Below, piece by piece: positions 18,087 through 28,137 of a DNA stretch of 32,000 nucleotides. The notes below the pieces were generated by a model that saw only the letters and a list, made by a program, of their open reading frames with translations, ran no database searches and was not told where the DNA came from. The DNA is from Nitrosospira multiformis ATCC 25196 (GTDB taxonomy: Bacteria > Pseudomonadota > Gammaproteobacteria > Burkholderiales > Nitrosomonadaceae). A program made the position numbers and the translations under genes. The stretch lies in the NCBI RefSeq assembly GCF_000196355.1, contig NC_007614.1, positions 1,860,001 to 1,892,000 on the forward strand. The letters are read 5' to 3'. How positions within the stretch are numbered: the first letter of the stretch is position 1; the number at the start of each line of letters is the position of its first letter.

Positions 18087-19237
18087 GGTGCGCTTTCCCC
18101 GGTTTGATGCTCGGTGTCCTGCTCGGTGCGCAACAGCAGGGCGCCATGCACGACCAGGCGCTCACCCGGCTTCAGGCCCTCGAGAATTACGGCGCGGTCC
18201 TTGAGACGCAGGCCTACTTTAACCGGACGCCTGCGGTAGCGGTAATCTCCGATGTTCACATAGACCCAGTCGGACTCGTTCTCGGTAAATAGTGCCGTTA
18301 ATGGCACGACAATTGCAAGATCGCCCGCATCGCTTTGGACATCGATGGCGGCAAACATGGAAGGCAGCAGGCGGCCATCCTCATTAGGCAGAATGCAGCG
18401 CACTTTTACCGTGCGCGAGCTTTCGTCCACCACCTGACTGATGTAGCTGACAGTCGCATTAAAATTCCGGCCGGAATAGGCAGGCACTTTCAGCACAATC
18501 TTCGTGCCTATGTGAATCTGGCCGATATCCTTCTCGAAAATATCCATCTGCACCCATAACTGCTGCAGGTCGGAAATGACAAACAGCGGTGCAACAAGGT
18601 CCGGCCTGACTTCCATCCCAGGATTGATATTGCGTTCCGTAACCGTTCCCGGAATGGATGCGCGCAGGGAAAAGCGGTTATCCATTCGTCCCGGACGCGC
18701 CCCCAGGTTTGCAAGCTTGAGCCTGGCCCGTTCGGCCTCGCTGCGCGTGCGTGTCAGATTATCTTCGGCCTGCTCGTGCTCCTTGCGCGGCGCAATGCCG
18801 TTCTCATACAACTCCTGTATCCGCTGAAAATTCCTCTCGGCGAGATTCAGATCGGCCACGGCGGCCGCGTAAGCGGATTGCGCTTCTCCAAGGTCCGGAC
18901 TATCCAGCACCGCCAGTGTGTCGCCTTTGCGAACCGGTGCCCCCAGGGGGGCAATGTCGCCGATTACGCGTCCGGCAATCGGCGAGGAGACACGCGCCGT
19001 GCGGATTTCGTCATAGGTAATCTTGCCCGTGACAGGATCCATCAATGGCCGCTGAACGAGTTCGATAACGGCCTCCCCGATATACTGACGCTTGGGCGAT
19101 TCCGGCCGCAATATCACTTCGTCTGCAGGCGGCAGAACAGCCGTGTGTTGGGGTTCGCTGTTGTTTTGCTGCTGGCAGGCCAGCAGGGACAGGCACAGCA
19201 ATCCTGTCGCAAGCTGAATAACAAGGTGTAACTTCAT
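18083..19237 (-). CDS. efflux RND transporter periplasmic adaptor subunit
   Basis: 384-aa ORF with lipobox-like LLACQQ; RVSSPIAGRVIGDIAPLGAPVRKGDTLAVLDSPDL; 4-nt overlap with the RND pump start. Confidence 0.94.
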   Translation of the reverse strand: MKLHLVIQLATGLLCLSLLACQQQNNSEPQHTAVLPPADEVILRPESPKRQYIGEAVIELVQRPLMDPVTGKITYDEIRTARVSSPIAGRVIGDIAPLGAPVRKGDTLAVLDSPDLGEAQSAYAAAVADLNLAERNFQRIQELYENGIAPRKEHEQAEDNLTRTRSEAERARLKLANLGARPGRMDNRFSLRASIPGTVTERNINPGMEVRPDLVAPLFVISDLQQLWVQMDIFEKDIGQIHIGTKIVLKVPAYSGRNFNATVSYISQVVDESSRTVKVRCILPNEDGRLLPSMFAAIDVQSDAGDLAIVVPLTALFTENESDWVYVNIGDYRYRRRPVKVGLRLKDRAVILEGLKPGERLVVHGALLLRTEQDTEHQTGESAP

Positions 19238-19349
19238 TTCATATTCAAGCCGTTCAGGCGCTGTGGATTAGCTTCATGAAGGAATGATGCAGGATGCGGA
19301 CTGTCAGGATCGGGAAGATGGGATAAACGGCACGTCAGCCTGCAAAGGG

Positions 19350-20789
19350 TTATTTACCGAAATTCACCCGGTGGGAACGCGCGGACCGCCAATCATCCTG
19401 GTTGCTGCCGGATTGATAGCGCGGATTTCCGGTTTCCTCGCCATATGCCATCAGCAAATCAGCCCAGGCTTTGCTGCGGTTTGCCAGCGCGGCATAATAA
19501 TCCAGCATAATTGTCCGATAGCTTCGCTCAGCATCGATCAGATCCAGCACTCCCACTGCCCCTTTTTGATAAGCAATTTCCTGTGCCTTGCGCAATGCCT
19601 CGATTTTTTTGACCACGTAAGTTTCAAAGCGCCGGGCTATGGCGTCGGCGCTTTGCCAAGCTGCCGAGGCCTTCATGACTTCAGCGCGCACGTCATACTC
19701 GGCCTGCCTTAATGCCAGTTCGCTGGAAGTCAAACCTACGCGAGCCTGGGAAATTTCACCTTTTTGCTGGTAGAACAAAGGGATTGGTATGCTGATACCC
19801 ACGCCGCCAGTACGCGGAAACTGGTTACCCTGATCCCGATCGTAGAACGCGCTTATTGTCACATCGGGAATAACCTGCCGTTGCGCGAGTGTGAGCACTT
19901 TTCGCGCCTGGGCGATGCGTATCCTTGCAGCGCGCATATCCGGACGTCGTTCCAGCGCGCGTTCAACCAATTGATCCTGCGTCGCCAGCGCAATCTCGGG
20001 CGTTGCTTGAGGCCAGGTTTCGGCGGCATTGATTTCTATGCTGTTTTCAGGCCAGCCCAGCAGCAATAGCAGGTCGGCCCGTGCCTGATTCAATGCAGCC
20101 CTTGCCTGATCCTGATCGCTTTGAACCTTGAGGCTTTCAACCTCGATACGAACGAAATCCATCTCCGCAACATCGCCTACCTTGAGCCGTATTTCGTTTA
20201 CCCTCAGAATTTCCCGGTAATGCTCGAGGTTATCCCGTGCAACCTTGATCGTCTTCTGGGCCAACAGGAGGTTGTAAAAACTGCGCCGCACGGTGTTTGT
20301 GAGCACGCGTGCAACGTCTTGCACGTCGAAGTTCACAGCCTCGGTAGCCAGCTCGCTGCTTTCTATCCGTAAACGCCGTTTTCCGGCCGTTTCTATGAGC
20401 TGCTGAATCTGCGGTAAATACGCGGGGACTGCCAGGTGACGGCTTTCCGGCGCGAATGCCTTTGGGGCCAGTTCGTGAACTGTAAAACTGAATACCGGAT
20501 TGGGAATCGCTGCGGCGATGATTTCCTGGGCCCTGGCGTTATCGATGTTGAGGCTGGCTGCGATCAAGCCGAGGTTGCGCTGATAGAACAGTGCGATCGC
20601 TTGCTGTTCGGTGATGGAAAATTCCTCTTTTGCAGGTTCTGCCTGAACCGTGAAAGAAGCTGCATGAAGCATTGCCGATATACTCGAAAACAGCATGATC
20701 CCCAGAGCAATTCGTACTGCAGGCAGCACATTGCTCAGAAGATTAAGCACATCAACTTGCTCACGATCAACTAGTACTCCGGGATACAT
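19350..20789 (-). CDS. TolC family outer membrane protein (CzcC-like)
   Basis: 479-aa ORF; NIDNARAQEIIAAAIPNPVFSFTV...GVGISIPIPLFYQQKGEISQARVGLTSSELALRQAEYDVRAEV. Confidence 0.92.
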   Translation of the reverse strand: MYPGVLVDREQVDVLNLLSNVLPAVRIALGIMLFSSISAMLHAASFTVQAEPAKEEFSITEQQAIALFYQRNLGLIAASLNIDNARAQEIIAAAIPNPVFSFTVHELAPKAFAPESRHLAVPAYLPQIQQLIETAGKRRLRIESSELATEAVNFDVQDVARVLTNTVRRSFYNLLLAQKTIKVARDNLEHYREILRVNEIRLKVGDVAEMDFVRIEVESLKVQSDQDQARAALNQARADLLLLLGWPENSIEINAAETWPQATPEIALATQDQLVERALERRPDMRAARIRIAQARKVLTLAQRQVIPDVTISAFYDRDQGNQFPRTGGVGISIPIPLFYQQKGEISQARVGLTSSELALRQAEYDVRAEVMKASAAWQSADAIARRFETYVVKKIEALRKAQEIAYQKGAVGVLDLIDAERSYRTIMLDYYAALANRSKAWADLLMAYGEETGNPRYQSGSNQDDWRSARSHRVNFGK

Positions 20790-21367
20790 ATCTTTACCGC
20801 TGAGTATTACCTAAGCAAGGTGAGGGGCTTTCGGTCCGGATAATTCCGGCACCAGGAAAATGCCTTTCGCACGCCTTCAAGCATGTTCAAAACTCCTACG
20901 AGATGATACGTGAGAGCCTCTGGTACCGAGGGAATAACGCCCGCCTGGTGAGAATCAGGTAGAACCAAAAGAGCGCAGCCTGGTATGTCACATGATAATC
21001 AAATGTTCTTCAACGAGTGTACTTTCCATGAGACTTTTGCTGGGCGAAGATGATGATGGTACTCGCCCCCCACTTTAGTAGATACTCTGCTGGCGGTTGA
21101 AATATGCGCGCGCCTGTGAGGACCGCCGGAATTTTTCTTGGGGATTCCAGGGATTGGAAACAGAAGAAGCAGAAGAAGCAGAGCGCATCAGGCTTCCCAG
21201 AAACAGATCGACGACACGCAGCTGCTTAAGGAACAGCTAATGATGGAGCTGCGGTATGGATTGTGCAGCACCCTCTCAAACATGCAGAAGCGGCGAAGAT
21301 ATTGATGGTTTCGCGCCCGTGTGTATCGGATCAACAAAAAAACCACCAAAATAACTATTTATGGGGT

Positions 21368-21422
21368 CACCATTCCATACCGAGGTTCTATCTAAAGGGA
21401 TTTTCTGAAGACCAGGCGATAT
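21368..21422 (+). pseudogene. short DUF4238-like N-terminal scrap
   Basis: Forward peptide HHSIPRFYLKGFSEDQAI* resembles the HHYxPxFYLRGF start of DUF4238 proteins. Very short. Confidence 0.35.
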
Positions 21423-21716
21423 GACGGCATCGACGGGTTAATCCAAATTGCCCCGTCTGCTGATGCCCTCAGTCGAACTCAATTTTCTTGATCCAACGAT
21501 CTTGCTCGTCAAAATAATCGACCTCATAGAATATTGTTGTCAAGGTATACACTTTTTCGACAACGATTTTTGCGGCTCCGCCCCGCAAGGATTGAACGTA
21601 GTGTTGCCGTTCGATCGAAAGAGACGACAGGGGAACGACCTTTTCGAACTCTAATCCTCTATTGTAATTAAACTCCACCGAATAGATCAACGTCTTCCAG
21701 GTCAATCTAGCCTCTA

Positions 21717-22559
21717 GGTTCAGGACCTATTAATTTCATGATTCACGAATAGGATCAAATGTGATTCACTTATGGCGGAGGTGCTGCCATGAGAGATTTG
21801 TTTTACCTGTCGGAAACACAGTTCAACCGTATAAAACCTTATTTTCCCTTGTCCCACGGAGTTCCCCGTGTTGATGATCTGCGGGTGATCAGCGGGATCA
21901 TCTACGTCATTCGGAATGGCCTGCAATGGAAGGATGCCCCCAGGGAATACGGGCCGCACAAGACACTGTATAACCGTTTCGTGCGCTGGAGCCGACTGGG
22001 CGTGTTCAACCGCATCTTTGTGGAACTGACCGGTAAAGAGGAAACGCCCGAGAGGCTGATGATCGACGCCACGCATCTGAAGGCCCACCGCACGGCAGCC
22101 AGCCTGCTAAAAAAGGGGATGTTCCCCGCCGTATCGGTCGCACAAAGGGCGGCCTGAACTCGAAGCTTCATGTGGTCTGCGACGGTCAGGGCAAGCCTGT
22201 GGCCATGCTCCTGTCCGAAGGGCAGATGAGCGATTACAAGGGAGCACGTGTGCTGCTGCCGTCATTGCCCAAAGCCAAAACCCTGATTGCAGACCGCGGC
22301 TATGACGCTGCCTGGTTCCGGGCAGCGTTGCGTGCCAAAGGCATGACGCCCTGCATACCGACAAAAAGGAATCGCAAAATCCAGATCAAATACGACAAGA
22401 CCCTCTACAGGCAAAGGCACAGGATCGAGAACATGTTCGCTCGGCTCAAGGACTGGCGCAGGATCGCCATGCGTTACGACCGCTGTGCCCATACCTTCTT
22501 CTCTGCCATCTGTATCGCCGCAACTGTCATCTTCTATCTCAATTAATGAGTCCTGAGCC
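21717..22559 (+). mobile_element. IS5-family (IS427-type) insertion sequence, 843 bp, copy 1
   Basis: Imperfect TIRs: left GGTTCAGGACCTATTAATTT, right (reverse complement) GGCTCAGGACTCATTAATTG; flanked by TA duplication (21715-21716 and 22560-22561) within target CTAG. Confidence 0.93.
21789..22546 (+). CDS. IS5-family transposase read as two ORFs (21789..22157 and 22172..22546) joined by a probable -1 frameshift
   Basis: ORF A MRDLFYLSETQFNRIKPYFPLSHGVPRVDDLRVISGIIYVIRNGLQWKDAP; slippery A AAA AAG at 22109-22115; -1 frame continues GDVPRRIGRTKGGLNSKLHVVCDGQGKPVAMLLSEGQMSDYKGA...ADRGYDAAWFR...RHRIENMFARLKDWRR. Confidence 0.92.
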
Positions 22560-23089
22560 TAGTTCTTCAGCCAAAAAAATCACTCTAAGATGGGGATCAT
22601 TTGCAAGTTTGATATGAACAATTGCGCTGTTTAGCATCAATACGCCAGAGATCACCATGGCGCTGTAGCCAACCCGCATGAATAGTCCTCTAGATACCCT
22701 GGGCAAGACGAATTTCATGAAGCCAGAGGATAGAATGGCGGCTAGCGCAACTATCAGGCCGAGTCCTATGGTTTTTAGCTGAAACAAACCCAATGCCGCA
22801 TAAAGATAAAGCTTGATTAAATGCAATAAGACTTCATTCGCAGCACGGGTTGCAATAATTTCATGGCTGCCCAGACCGTAGCGAAAATAAAAACGGTTAA
22901 ACAGGACCCCCACGGCACCGGTCAAACCAGAAATAAAGCCCGCCAAAAAACCGACCATTCTGAGCTGCCATGGTGGAACAGGAAACAATACGACGTGCTT
23001 TTGCTCCTGTTTTCTAAAAAGCCAGGGAAGATTAGAGATAAGAAACAAGCTCATGCACAACTCCAGATACATCGGCTCCAGATAACTTA

Positions 23090-23932
23090 GGCTCAGGACT
23101 CATTAATTGAGATAGAAGATGACAGTTGCGGCGATACAGATGGCAGAGAAGAAGGTATGGGCACAGCGGTCGTAACGCATGGCGATCCTGCGCCAGTCCT
23201 TGAGCCGAGCGAACATGTTCTCGATCCTGTGCCTTTGCCTGTAGAGGGTCTTGTCGTATTTGATCTGGATTTTGCGATTCCTTTTTGTCGGTATGCAGGG
23301 CGTCATGCCTTTGGCACGCAACGCTGCCCGGAACCAGGCAGCGTCATAGCCGCGGTCTGCAATCAGGGTTTTGGCTTTGGGCAATGACGGCAGCAGCACA
23401 CGTGCTCCCTTGTAATCGCTCATCTGCCCTTCGGACAGGAGCATGGCCACAGGCTTGCCCTGACCGTCGCAGACCACATGAAGCTTCGAGTTCAGGCCGC
23501 CCTTTGTGCGACCGATACGGCGGGGAACATCCCCTTTTTTAGCAGGCTGGCTGCCGTGCGGTGGGCCTTCAGATGCGTGGCGTCGATCATCAGCCTCTCG
23601 GGCGTTTCCTCTTTACCGGTCAGTTCCACAAAGATGCGGTTGAACACGCCCAGTCGGCTCCAGCGCACGAAACGGTTATACAGTGTCTTGTGCGGCCCGT
23701 ATTCCCTGGGGGCATCCTTCCATTGCAGGCCATTCCGAATGACGTAGATGATCCCGCTGATCACCCGCAGATCATCAACACGGGGAACTCCGTGGGACAA
23801 GGGAAAATAAGGTTTTATACGGTTGAACTGTGTTTCCGACAGGTAAAACAAATCTCTCATGGCAGCACCTCCGCCATAAGTGAATCACATTTGATCCTAT
23901 TCGTGAATCATGAAATTAATAGGTCCTGAACC
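23090..23932 (-). mobile_element. IS5-family (IS427-type) insertion sequence, 843 bp, copy 2, inverted relative to copy 1
   Basis: Same length, same TIRs; TA duplication at 23088-23089 and 23933-23934; both encoded ORFs identical at protein level to copy 1. Confidence 0.93.
23103..23860 (-). CDS. IS5-family transposase (two ORFs 23492..23860 and 23103..23477, probable -1 frameshift)
   Basis: Slippery heptamer mirrored at 23534-23540; protein sequences identical to copy 1. Confidence 0.92.
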
Positions 23933-24658
23933 TAGCATTTTTACGCCTAAAATCACTCCTACCATAGCTGTTGGCAGAAACAATTTAGCCATATCCCAAC
24001 GAATGGCTTTGAAAAATATCCAGATTCTGGAAAATGAGCTTGTTACGGCTCCAAGAGTAAGTGCTGCTGGAACTTGATTTACCGGAAGAGAATAGCCAAG
24101 GATGGGAATCAATAATAATCCGGCGCCTCCTCCACAAAATGCGCTAAGTGAAAATGCCAGAAAGGCGGCGAGAAAGAGGTAGAGATACAACATGATAGTG
24201 AAAGAAGCCGGTAAAGAAGCAGGCTGGACTTAAGCTAAGTTTAGTACGATCATCCAATTACGGCCGGGAGGCTTATCTGCAGCTGCTGGAGTTGCCCCTA
24301 TGAAACCGGACAGGATGCGGTTAGTGTTAGTAATTGACCGCGGGATGAATAGTCATGGGGATTTCATCTCCAGCCCTTTATGAGATACTCATTGTAATCC
24401 TCGAACCCCTGGTCAAACTGTGACATGACGGTTTTTACATGGAGGACCATCAATGCACATGGACATAATCCCTTTTAAGGGTTTCACGAAGATTCGCCAT
24501 TGGCGCATACAGTTCTGGCCCTCTCGGACTTGGAGCAGCTTATCGATGGCTAAGCTGATCGTTCGTGAGCGGTGGGACCAATAGCTTGCAGATTCTCCGC
24601 GCACTTCCGGGCAGGGTGCTAGCCTTAATATCACATAATTTCGCTCGTTATCCTTCGT

Positions 24659-27217
24659 ATGGACAAGCCACCTGAAGTTGATCCGCTGGCCGGCTTGACT
24701 CATGATGAAGCATCCCGGCGCCTCGCCGAGAATGGATATAACGAACTTCCTTCAGCAAAGCCGCGCAACGTGCTCGCCATCGCAATTTCAGTGGCGCGTG
24801 AGCCCATGTTCATGCTTCTGGTCGCCTGCGGCACAATCTATCTGCTCTTGGGAAGCAAGCAGGAGGCCCTGATGCTGCTTGGCTTCGTATTCGTTGTCAT
24901 GGGCATCACTTTTGTTCAGGAGCGCAAGACCGAAAGGGCGCTGGGGGCGCTGCGCGATCTTTCCAGTCCTCGCGCGCTGGTTATCCGCGGAGGAAAGCAA
25001 GAGCGCATTCCCGGCCGTGAGGTTGTTCGTGGCGATCTCATCATCTTGTCTGAGGGAGATCGTGTTCCAGCGGACGCCATTCTTCTGGAATCTGCTCACA
25101 TGTCCGTCGATGAATCGGTCCTCACCGGTGAATCTGTCCCGGTGCGCAAACGGGTAAATGATGGCCATCCTCGGGAAATCGGCGCGCCGGGCGGGAATGA
25201 CTTGCCATTTATCTTTTCCAGCACGCTTGTCGTGCAGGGAAAAGGAGTGGCGGTGGTAATCCGGACAGGCACTGACACCTCTATTGGCCAGATCGGCAAG
25301 GCGCTCGCGACCATAGAGCAGAAACCAACCCGCTTGCAAAGCGAGGTCGCGCGGGTAGTGAAGCAAGTATCCGGAATCGGTTTCGCGCTGGCGGGCATTG
25401 TTGCGCTTTGGTATGGAGCCACTCGAGGGGACTGGCTGAATGGCTTTCTCGCCGGGTTGACGCTCGCAATGGCGCTTCTTCCCGAGGAATTGCCTGTTGT
25501 CCTCACGGTCTTCTTGGGATTGGGCGCATGGCGCATCTCGAAGGAAAAAGTGCTGACTCGGCAAATTCCCGCAATCGAAATGCTCGGGGCGGCGACCGTG
25601 CTTTGTGTTGACAAGACAGGGACTCTCACCCAAAACCGGATGGCGGTTGCACGGATATTCAGCGCAGGCCAGGTCTTCGATGCCGCGGGAAAAGATCCAT
25701 TTGCTCTGCCAGAAAAATTCCATGAAACCCTTGAATTCGCCGTTCTGGCAAGCCACCGGGATCCGTTTGACCCGATGGAGATCGCAATCCGCTACTCCGG
25801 ACACGAGTTGCTGGCGGATACCGAGCATTTGCATGGAGATTGGCAGTTGATGAGCGAATATCCCCTCTCGCATGGCTTACTGGCCATGTCCCGCGTCTGG
25901 CAGTCTCCTGATCAGGTGAACTATATCGTTGCCGCCAAGGGATCGCCCGAAGCGATCATCGACCTGTGCCATCTTGATGCGGATTCTGCGCAAGGAATTG
26001 TCATTCAGGTCAATGACTTGGCTGATCAGGGCTTGCGCGTGCTGGGAGTAGCCAAGGCTGAATTCAACGAGCAGCGGCTGCCTGATCTCCAGCATGATTT
26101 CCCGTTTCAGTTCCTCGGTCTGATTGCCTTGGCGGATCCTATCCGCCTGCAGGTTCCTGCTGCAATCGAGGAAAGCCGGGCTGCGGGGTTGAGGGTCGTA
26201 ATGATTACCGGGGATTACCCGGCTACGGCAATGTATATTGGGCGGCAGATCGGCATTCAATCGCCCGAAAACGCGATCTCGGGGTCGATGCTGGAGAGCC
26301 TGAGCGATGCCGAGCTTCAGGAGCGTATCCGGTCGGTAAATATCTTCTGCCGAGTCGTGCCCGAACAAAAGCTTCGCATCGTGGATGCATTCAAGGCGAG
26401 TGGCGAAGTCGTGGTCATGACGGGTGATGGAGTCAATGATGCGCCCGCACTGAAGTCGGCGGACATTGGTATTGCCATGGGGAAGCGGGGGACGGACGTC
26501 GCGCGCGAGTCTGCCGCGCTGGTGCTGCTAAATGACGATTTTTCTTCAATCGTCTCGGCAGTGAGACTTGGACGACGGATTTTCGACAATCTGCAAAAGG
26601 CCAGCGCTTTCATCATTGCGGTCCACCTCCCGATCGTTGGTCTGTCTGTCATTCCCGTGATAATGGGCTTGCCCGTAATTCTTATGCCCGTGCATATTCT
26701 ATTCCTGGAATTGATCATCGACCCGGCATGCTCCATCGTTTTCGAGGCAGAGCGCGAGGAGGCGGATATCATGCGGCGACCTCCGCGATCACCGGATACC
26801 CCGCTTTTCGATCGTGAACTGTTGGTCCTGGGATTTGGGCAGGGCTTGGTTCTGCTTTTGATCGTACAGGCAATATTCAGCTTTGCGCTCTACCGCGGGC
26901 TCGGAGCCGATGAGGCGCGAGCAATAACTTTCGTGACTCTGGTCTTGGCCAGCCTGGGTCTGATTTTTACAAACCGGTCTCGATCAAGATCGGCATTTGC
27001 CTCCCTTCAATCGCGGAATACGGCTCTTTGGTGGGTGACAGGAGGAGCAATGGGCGGCCTCGGGCTGGTTATCTTCGTTCCGGCACTAAGCGAGTTGTTC
27101 TCTTTTGGCAGGCTACAGCTTGCGGAGGTCGCATTTTGCCTTTTTGCCGGCTTGGCAACATTCGGTCTATTTGAAACCATGAAGCTGATCCGGGCACACA
27201 AGCAAGTATCTGCGTGA
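24659..27217 (+). CDS. cation-translocating P-type ATPase (Ca2+/PMA1-like)
   Basis: 852-aa ORF; DKTGTLTQNRMAV, DESVLTGESVPV, VVVMTGDGVNDAPALKSADIGIAMGKRGTDVARE. Confidence 0.95.
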   Translation: MDKPPEVDPLAGLTHDEASRRLAENGYNELPSAKPRNVLAIAISVAREPMFMLLVACGTIYLLLGSKQEALMLLGFVFVVMGITFVQERKTERALGALRDLSSPRALVIRGGKQERIPGREVVRGDLIILSEGDRVPADAILLESAHMSVDESVLTGESVPVRKRVNDGHPREIGAPGGNDLPFIFSSTLVVQGKGVAVVIRTGTDTSIGQIGKALATIEQKPTRLQSEVARVVKQVSGIGFALAGIVALWYGATRGDWLNGFLAGLTLAMALLPEELPVVLTVFLGLGAWRISKEKVLTRQIPAIEMLGAATVLCVDKTGTLTQNRMAVARIFSAGQVFDAAGKDPFALPEKFHETLEFAVLASHRDPFDPMEIAIRYSGHELLADTEHLHGDWQLMSEYPLSHGLLAMSRVWQSPDQVNYIVAAKGSPEAIIDLCHLDADSAQGIVIQVNDLADQGLRVLGVAKAEFNEQRLPDLQHDFPFQFLGLIALADPIRLQVPAAIEESRAAGLRVVMITGDYPATAMYIGRQIGIQSPENAISGSMLESLSDAELQERIRSVNIFCRVVPEQKLRIVDAFKASGEVVVMTGDGVNDAPALKSADIGIAMGKRGTDVARESAALVLLNDDFSSIVSAVRLGRRIFDNLQKASAFIIAVHLPIVGLSVIPVIMGLPVILMPVHILFLELIIDPACSIVFEAEREEADIMRRPPRSPDTPLFDRELLVLGFGQGLVLLLIVQAIFSFALYRGLGADEARAITFVTLVLASLGLIFTNRSRSRSAFASLQSRNTALWWVTGGAMGGLGLVIFVPALSELFSFGRLQLAEVAFCLFAGLATFGLFETMKLIRAHKQVSA

Positions 27218-27330
27218 TCCGGAATATCTGGCGGTATGGGGGATGGGCGCGGGAAGCTTAGCCCAGCGAATGAGGAATTTTTGCATGCGAAAAAATGAAG
27301 GGACTAGAGCTCTTTACAGTAGCCAGAACA

Positions 27331-27370
27331 CTGGATCCCCGTTCCCAAAACTGGATACCCGTTCCCAAAC
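27331..27370 (+). repeat. two tandem 20-bp units
   Basis: CTGGATCCCCGTTCCCAAAA then CTGGATACCCGTTCCCAAAC (18/20 identical). Confidence 0.8.
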
Positions 27371-27552
27371 TTAGGCGGCAGGTCGCCAGGGGTTTCCAAT
27401 CCGCCCCCTATAGCGCTGCCTCGACCAAAAGTAATGCAAAGGGCAATGCCTGCACCCATGGGAAAGGGCTGGTTACATATCATCCCTCTCCTCCTTCATA
27501 TTTAGAGGCATTAATCCAACATATGCAATACGGAGAACAATCTCAGAATGCA

Positions 27553-27945
27553 CTAATACTGCCACCTGAATTGCATCTCATCTTTCACCTCTTTTACCCC
27601 TTCCACCCTGCGCGCGACTTCGATTGCTTTTTCCATGATAAGTATAGAGCTTACTGCGCCTGTCAACCTGACCTTTCCCTGGCAGGTTTCAATGGCGACC
27701 TCTTCGCCCTTGAGCGACGGTTCGTTGTAAATTGCCTCTTTCACCCGGGCCGTAATGGCGCCATCAATGTTGCCGTCCCTTTCAGTGGCATTCATTCCTT
27801 CGCCGGGCTTGCGCGTACCCATCTCTGCAGTTGCCATTGAGCAACAAGGAGACACGGTCATTAGAATGACAAAGAAGAGCAACATAAGGCCGTTGAGCAT
27901 GTTGAGTAAGGCAAGCGGGTGCACTCTTATAATATAGGCCAACAT
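27553..27945 (-). CDS. BON-domain protein with N-terminal signal/anchor
   Basis: ARVKEAIYNEPSLKGEEVAIETCQGKVRLTGAVSSILIMEKAIEVARRVEGVKEVKDEM; start codon uncertain. Confidence 0.85.
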   Translation of the reverse strand: MLAYIIRVHPLALLNMLNGLMLLFFVILMTVSPCCSMATAEMGTRKPGEGMNATERDGNIDGAITARVKEAIYNEPSLKGEEVAIETCQGKVRLTGAVSSILIMEKAIEVARRVEGVKEVKDEMQFRWQY

Positions 27946-28137
27946 GACGTTATTGCATTTCCCACGCTTTTTCGGGAAATACCTTGCATGATGACCTGCG
28001 AGATGAGCCAGATTTGCTGGGATACGTGCTAACGGCTGCTTTCGCTCGATGGTATCAATATCTAAAGAGTGGACTCAGAAAGCGGAAAATAAGGTGGCGC
28101 GGTTCAAATCGGTCGCAAAGTTTCTGAGAATGGGGGG

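Larger units (their letters stand above)
21469..24193 (-). pseudogene. TauE/SafE-type membrane permease gene with C-terminal extension, interrupted twice by IS5-family elements
   Basis: Pieces 24193..23933, 23087..22560 and 21714..21469 (minus strand) join exactly after removing both IS elements and one TA duplication each: 261+528+246 = 1035 nt, giving ...GVILGVKML|SYLEPMYLELCMSLFLISNLPW...VIFLAEEL|EARLTWKTLIYSVEFNYNRG...WIKKIEFD*. Confidence 0.88.

Noticed and set aside
21001-21060. ATGAGACTTTTGCTGGGCGAAGATGATGATGGT (MRLLLGEDDDG) resembling a response-regulator start
   Set aside because: Similarity covers only about 11 residues; downstream frames show no receiver-domain motifs, so a regulator relic cannot be supported.
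22539-23072. 177-aa ORF as an independent cargo gene of a composite IS transposon
   Set aside because: Its start and end are better explained as an internal slice of the permease gene interrupted by both IS copies; the frame joins perfectly on both sides.
24413-24703. 96-aa minus-strand ORF upstream of the P-type ATPase
   Set aside because: Overlaps the ATPase start, has no recognised family and no clear ribosome-binding context.
27295-27840. 181-aa plus-strand ORF
   Set aside because: Its 3' half is antisense to the well-supported BON-domain gene and has no recognised motif.
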